From: the human T2T-CHM13v2.0 reference genome, Homo sapiens
NCBI RefSeq assembly: GCF_009914755.1
Contig: NC_060947.1
Reading direction: 5' to 3' (one strand)
Length of the DNA: 64,000 nt
Part shown: positions 56,467-64,000 of the stretch, in pieces
How positions within the stretch are numbered: the first letter of the stretch is position 1
How the letters are laid out: each line of letters starts with the position of its first letter
The notes under the pieces: model-generated
Databases searched by the model: none
What the model saw: the letters and a program-made list of their open reading frames with translations, nothing else
What the model was told of the DNA's origin: nothing
Position numbers and translations under genes: made by a program

Positions 56467-57041
56467 GTATGATATTATAACTTCAGTTTTGTAGAAAATT
56501 TCAAATTTTTACTGACTTACAGTGTCGGCATATCTAGTTTTGCTGTAATTTCTAGAAATCTAAGCTCTATTTTGAAACAAAAATTGTATCTGTTGCATAA
56601 ATAATTTTTGAGTGCTCTTTTTAATTTTTTTTTTTGAGACAAGGTCTCACTATGTTGTCCAGGCTGGTCTTGAACTCCTGAGCTCAATGGATCGTCCTGC
56701 CTCAACCTCCCAAAATGCTAGGATTACAGGCTTGAGCCATTGCGCCTAGCCCTTGATTGCTCTTCAGAAATACTTCATGATTTACTCATAAAAATAGCTA
56801 TCATTATTTGAAAGTGGGGTTCAAAGTAAACAGTTTTGTGACACAAAACCATAGCTATTGTGGACCAGTTTCTTCTCTGTCCTAGTAGGCATAATAAAAG
56901 TTCAGTTGCACTAGTTAAAGTGCTTAGATAACAAAACAATAAATGATTTCACTCCCTTCTCCATAATTTATGAACTATATATTAGGAGTCTTAAACCACA
57001 GACAATAGACTCTCTAGAAAATTATTGCATTTTTATGCCTG

Positions 57042-57406
57042 TGTGTTAGTCCGTTCTCACATTGCTATAAGGAAATACCCAAGACTGGGTAATTTACAAA
57101 GGAAAGAGGTTTAATTGACTCACAGTTCTGCATGGCTGGGGAGGCCTCAGGAAACTTACGATTATGGCAGAAGGCACCTCTTCACAGGGCGGCAGGAGAT
57201 AGAATGAGTGCCAGCAGGGGAAATTCCAGATGCTTATAAAGCCGTCAAATCTCGTGAGAACTCACTCACTACCACGAGAACAGCATTGGGGAATTTGCCC
57301 CCATGATTCTATTACCTCCCACCAGGTTCCTTCCACAACACGTGGGGATTATGGGGATTACAGTTCAAGATGAGATTTGAGTGGGGACACAGCCACACCA
57401 TTATCA
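57042..57406 (-). mobile_element. THE1 (THE1C/D-like) solo LTR, MaLR
   Basis: typical THE1 sequence with TG...CA ends; TSD GCCTG at 57037-57041 and 57407-57411. Confidence 0.9.
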
Positions 57407-58447
57407 GCCTGTAACACATTCTCCCACTAACATTTTAATATAAAACCTTTAATTTAAACATACTTAGAATTTAGTTTCATCTCTTGTTAACATTTTTAAA
57501 TGTCTGTGTGCACACTGTGGTTACCTAGTTGTGGTAGCTGAATGATATTTAGTGTTCTTTTCTATGGACATCCCAGATAGTGACAAAACAAGTACTGAGC
57601 TGAAAATTGAATAGGAGAGATTCTAACTAATGTCAATCTTCAGATTTGGGAATTATTTGATATGGAAATGGATCATCAGCAGAAGCAATGGCATTTTATT
57701 TTCCTTTGAGCCCTGAGTACCTTACATGAGCAGTTATCCCTGATTTTGGAGTAGGTCCAGGAGAATGAGTAGGTCATCTCTGGAGCCTGTCACTTTTTGT
57801 GTTTTGGTGCTAATACAATTGATCGATACTGCTGGAGTCCTTTAACTGGCCCAATTCTAATTACTTTAGGTATTGGCATGGATGAGTAAGAGAATCGTAA
57901 GTGTGTTAGGAAGAGGAAGGGCACATGTAATACACACTTGGCTTGTTTTAGAAAGAAAAGGGCAGATTTTAAAATCCTGAATTATGAAGTACTGATTTTG
58001 TCTATGTAAAATCTAGAGACAATTTCCATAAATGTAGTTATTCCTGCTGTCTCATTTGCTTCTAAGTTCTAGCCAAAACCTTTTTGGTCCTTTCCTGGAT
58101 GTAGTATTATAGTTTTCAATAACAAAGCACAGGTCAAAGCCAAAGAGAAGAGCTTAAATTTAGGATTTGTGTTTATAGTGTTGAGTACTCACATTCTAGG
58201 ACTTTCTGGCATGCTGGGAAGCCCCTCAATCACCATATAGCCCTCATCCCCAAAAGGGAAAAGGGTGCCTTTGCTTATTGAAGTGAATTTTGGGTTCCCT
58301 GATTGCTTTAGGATGGCGAGAGCTCTTCACCATGGTGCAGCCAGTGACTCAGTAGTAAGGACTCACTTCCCTGTGCAACAGGTATCTCAAGTATTTGATT
58401 AATAAGCAATTGGTGCTACAATTGTACACTGCTTTCTGCTTACACAG

Positions 58448-58540
58448 AATGACAATGGCTTACAGAAATCATCCTCTCTAAAGTGCATTGATTTAACTCC
58501 AGTATCCTCAATGGCTTCTTCCATCAAGAAGACTGGGAAG
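58448..58540 (+). CDS. PABIR3: PABIR3 exon 6 (NDNGLQKSSSLKCIDLTPVSSMASSIKKTGK)
   Basis: acceptor ttacacag|, donor AAG|GTAAGA; 93 nt; resembles the family KRIDFxPVSP...GK segment. Confidence 0.88.
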
Positions 58541-58947
58541 GTAAGAAAGGAGTACCTAAAAGTCTATGTCTCTTGAAATAGTTAGGAAATATTTAGGAAC
58601 ATTAATGGTCACCAAAACAAATATTTTGGGGGATATATTTTGTCACAGTACATCTGATTCTAACTAACATTTTTCCCTTCTTTTTCATTTCTTCAAGTAT
58701 TACTTACATGTAATAAAATTCACCAACTTTAAAGCATAGGGTTAGATTAATTTTGGTAATTGTGTACAATCCTGTAGCCACAACCATAATCAAGATATTG
58801 AACAGTTCCCACACTCAAAACAATTTCCTAATGATCTTTTGTACCCCAGTCTCCCTCCCTACCATCCCTGCCCCTCCCTAGGAAACCAATGATCTGCTTT
58901 CCGAGAAAAGTGGCGGTTTTAAAACCTCTGTTCCAATTTGATTTTAG

Positions 58948-59036
58948 CAGTGTTTCTCTCCATCATTACAAACTTGTGTGAGTTGCACTGGTTCGCCTTC
59001 AAGTCCTATTCCCAGTCCTATGCAACAATACATCAT
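58948..59036 (+). CDS. PABIR3: PABIR3 exon 7 (QCFSPSLQTCVSCTGSPSSPIPSPMQQYI+AT)
   Basis: NAGNAG acceptor tag|cag|, donor AT|GTAAGT; QCFSPSLQ and SPIPSP family motifs. Confidence 0.88.
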
Positions 59037-59166
59037 GTAAGTTTATGTTATATGAAAATACCAAATTGCTTATAAAATAAGAATTATAGAAACCTAAAAG
59101 AAATTATAGCTCCAAGTTTTGTGCCAACCAAAGAAGTGACTTCTTTTTAGGGAAATTAAAATGTCA

Positions 59167-59478
<312 letters not shown>

Positions 59479-60231
59479 TCAGTTTATCATTTTGTATATT
59501 GAAAAAGTCAGGTGACTAAGAACATAAGAAGAATTTAGTAATTCCTTCACCCTGCTAATACATAATCTTTCTCTAACCAAGTTTGTTAATAAGGATCAGA
59601 GCTATCTCTAGAACTTTAAACAACTTCATCCGTGATTCTCACCTTCATTCAAGGCAAGTCCCAGCCAGGAATGTAGGTTTTTGTAGACTCTAGGATTCAA
59701 AATCCTGAATCCTTGAGAATTAGAAGATAGTTTGCTCCTAAGGCATTCCAGTTTTTACCCATATGTAAAGAAAAGCAGTAAAATGGCCGAGCATGGTGGC
59801 TCACACCTGTAATCCCAACACTTTTGGAGGCCAAGGCAGGCAGATCACCTAAGGTCAGGAGTTCGAGACCAGCCTGGCCAACATGGTGAAACCCTGTGTC
59901 TACTAAAAAAATACAAAATTAGCCGAGTGTGGTGGTGCATGCCTGTAATCCCAGCTACTTGGGAGGCTGAGGCAGGAGAATCACTTGAACCCAGGAGGCG
60001 GAGGCTGCAGTGAGCTTAAATCACGCCACTGCACTCCAGCCTCGGTGACAAGAGCCAAACTGCATCTCAGAAAAAAAGTAAAAATAAAAACAAAGAAAAG
60101 CAGTAAAATGATGTAATATCCTACACAGAGTCCCGTTTTTGTGTATGTCCTTAGATCTGTTATAATGAAATAGTCATTGTTGATTTTGTTAAAAAAAATT
60201 TCTTATAATGATCATGATGATTTTATTTTAG

Positions 60232-60293
60232 AAGAAGTCAAAATCCTACCAACATTATTAGACCAAGTATCCTTGGACCATTAAAAAGAAAAG
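60232..60293 (+). CDS. PABIR3: PABIR3 exon 8 (I-RSQNPTNIIRPSILGPLKRK+G)
   Basis: acceptor ttttag|, donor G|GTACTT; IRPSxLGPLKRK family motif. Confidence 0.88.
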
Positions 60294-60872
60294 GTACTTT
60301 TATCTAACAGTAGAAGTAAATATAACTTTAAGTTATTTTATAAAATATCTAAAATCAAATGTTATACAAAAATGTATTTTTAAAGGCTTTATTTATTTAA
60401 AATATATTTAATAAGCTATTAGAGGCCTTTCATTTTATGCAACTAGAAATATGTATAAGGACATTTTGAAAACTCTAAAATGCTATATAAATGTGAATTG
60501 AGAAATTTAATTCCAATTTAGTTGGCTATTAGGATTTTCAATATAATTCACCAAGGTAGCTATCTTCATTACTTTCTAAAACAATGTAGAGAATAAATGA
60601 ATGAATGAACAGAGTGAGTCAGTCATCAAGTATTTTGCTGAATGTCAACCCCTGCCTCACTGCCACACACACACATTGCTATCATATGAATAAGTTGACA
60701 CAAATTAGATCCACTTACAACACTAAAAATATATATGAAGGTGTATGTTCTTTGGTGTTTAGTTTCTTTATGGGAGTTATTTTTGGTTAAATATATGGAA
60801 AGTGACCCACCTACTCAGTAATAAAAGGGCAGTGGAAAGAATAAAAGGGCAGTGGAAAGATGTCTTTTTTAA

Positions 60873-61244
<372 letters not shown>

Positions 61245-62409
61245 TAGTACAATTTTTGACTACAATGGGGAGGGGAAATGGGTGAATAGGAAAGGAGATT
61301 AAACTTAAAAATGTGTATTGTGAAAAATCTATTAAGGTAAGAAAGAGGAGTAAGAAGAATAAGAGGAGAGAAACTGAAATATGCTTTAATGTTCTTTGTA
61401 TATTTTCGATTAATTAATGGCAGTCTTCCTAACAACATAACTAACTCAGCATGTACTTTTTGTATTCTAAGATTAAGGGCTAGATAAATTCTGGAAAATA
61501 CTCTTTTCCAAAGTAAGCACATTGTTTTATGAAGATGCTTCGGTTACTAAGCTTAGGGGTCTTTTACCTGTGCTGTGAAATTCGGGCTAGTGTTGAAAAA
61601 ATATTCAAATATATCAGCAGTTTAAGAGCTGTTAGAAGTCAAGGGTCAATTGAGTATTTAAAATAAAGTACGCTTAAATTGAGGAGTGTTTTACCAGATT
61701 AAAATAGTTCTCCTTTTGAGACATGTATACATAAATAGGTTATCACATGAAAAGTATCTCGAGTTTTCTTAGAATTTATGATTGAAAAATTATTTTTATA
61801 GATCAATTTTAACATAAAAGATGTAGTTTCTGCCCAGTGTCTTCGGAGATGTGACCTGTCTCACACTTGGTTTTCAGCTGCTCTGAAAGACGACTGCCTT
61901 ATTCCTTTGAGGTGTCCCTGAGGGAACTCCAAAGCGAATTCTGTATATACCACCTAGTCCATATTTTCAGTCATACCCCACCCTCCAAAGCATGCCCTGT
62001 ACAAATGTGCTGAAAATTCATTTGGCCATTTTTGGCCAGATACAATAACAGATAAACAGAAATTGAAATTTATTCATATATTTTGGAATATGCATATTCA
62101 TTTGGGAAACAACAAACTATGTCCTATTTGGACCCCATTAATACAAATGAAATGTGGGAGAAAGGTACCATAAAAATAAAAGAGAGGTCCTGAGGCAGGG
62201 GGCGGGGGGAACTAAAAAGAATGATGATTATGTGAAGTGAGATCAAGATTAGAGTCTCCAAAGCATATGATGTCATATTTTATGGTGAGAAGCAGCAGTG
62301 ACTTCCATTAGGAATAAGCAAGAGCATGGGCCGGGCACAGTGGCTCATGCCTGTAATCCCAGCACTTTGGGAGGCCGAGGCGGGCGGATGACTTGAGGTC
62401 AGGAATTCA

Positions 62410-62739
<330 letters not shown>

Positions 62740-63260
62740 TTATGAGGAATATGTTTTGATTTGTCATGTTTTCAATGTTAAACCAAAAAAGAGAGCTGAG
62801 TAGTTTTTCTGTAGTGACATAAATGTAATCTGGCAAGGCACGGGACACCAGACTTCTTTTAAACTTTATGAGCCATGATTACACTTCTGTGGAAGGTCTA
62901 TGCAATATCTTAATGGTGACCTTAGGGTTTTATCATTCAAATAGAAGTTATGGGCTTGAATGTCAGTTTTGCTCAGGTCCAGAAATGATTATCATATGAA
63001 TGTGAAACACTGTGCAGATTTTAACATTTACTTCAAGGCAAAGATTACAAAAATGCAGTTGTTGTTTTTTTTGAGATTAGATGTTCTACCTTAATCTCTA
63101 AAGATACAATTATTTTGTTCATTGTGTGCTGTAAAAGAACTTACCTATTTAGTTCATTGTGTACATTTAGCAAAATAAAGATAGCAACAACCTAAAGTTT
63201 TAAAATAAGGAATGACATTAAACTCATTAAACAGCCTTACTACATAGCTATATCAAATCA

Positions 63261-63701
<441 letters not shown>

Positions 63702-63874
63702 TCAAAAATTACTAAAGAATGGTTATGTCTGGATAATGATTACTTAAAATTGTTTTCTTTGTGCTTTTCTGTATTTTATAAATTAATTGCAGTGAATAAG
63801 TATTACTTTTGCAATTAAAATAATAATAAACATGTTAAATAAAACATCTACCTTGATCTGCTGTATTGTCATAG

Positions 63875-63979
<105 letters not shown>

Positions 63980-64000
63980 TAACATGAGATTTTAAACATT

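Larger units (their letters stand above)
55910..56888 (+). repeat. 40-bp direct repeat (55910-55949 and 56849-56888) flanking PABIR3 exons 4-5
   Basis: CCATAGCTATTGTGGAC[T/C]AGTTTCTTCTCTGTCCTAGTAG, 39/40 identical. Confidence 0.95.

Overview
Primate (almost certainly human, Xq26) genomic DNA holding two head-to-head paralogues of the FAM122/PABIR family of PP2A-B55 regulators. PABIR2/FAM122B lies on the minus strand (coding exons 1-5, 7269->149, continuing off the left edge). PABIR3/FAM122C lies on the plus strand (coding exons 1-9, 18663->63971, continuing off the right edge). Exon lengths and phases match between the paralogues (79/57/44/55 nt), but the PABIR3 introns are expanded by transposons: about 45 Alus, L1/L2/MIR fragments, a full-length sense SVA with TSDs, and THE1/MLT1 LTRs. 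A 5.2 kb two-LTR ERV1-type provirus, inserted into a MIR, sits between the two promoters. The most notable reading is a PABIR3 5' splicing switch: a candidate upstream exon inside the PABIR2 CpG island, plus a 146-nt exon that begins AG|GTGAG (a recursive-splice-site signature). Together they could give a 57-aa or 36-aa N-terminal extension, or an 85-aa uORF. Other notable features are a symmetric cassette exon carrying the B55-binding motif, a dual-frame last exon and a 40-bp direct repeat flanking exons 4-5. Most ORF-track entries are Alu/L1/SVA or low-complexity artefacts. Gene and repeat-family names come from recognition, not database search.
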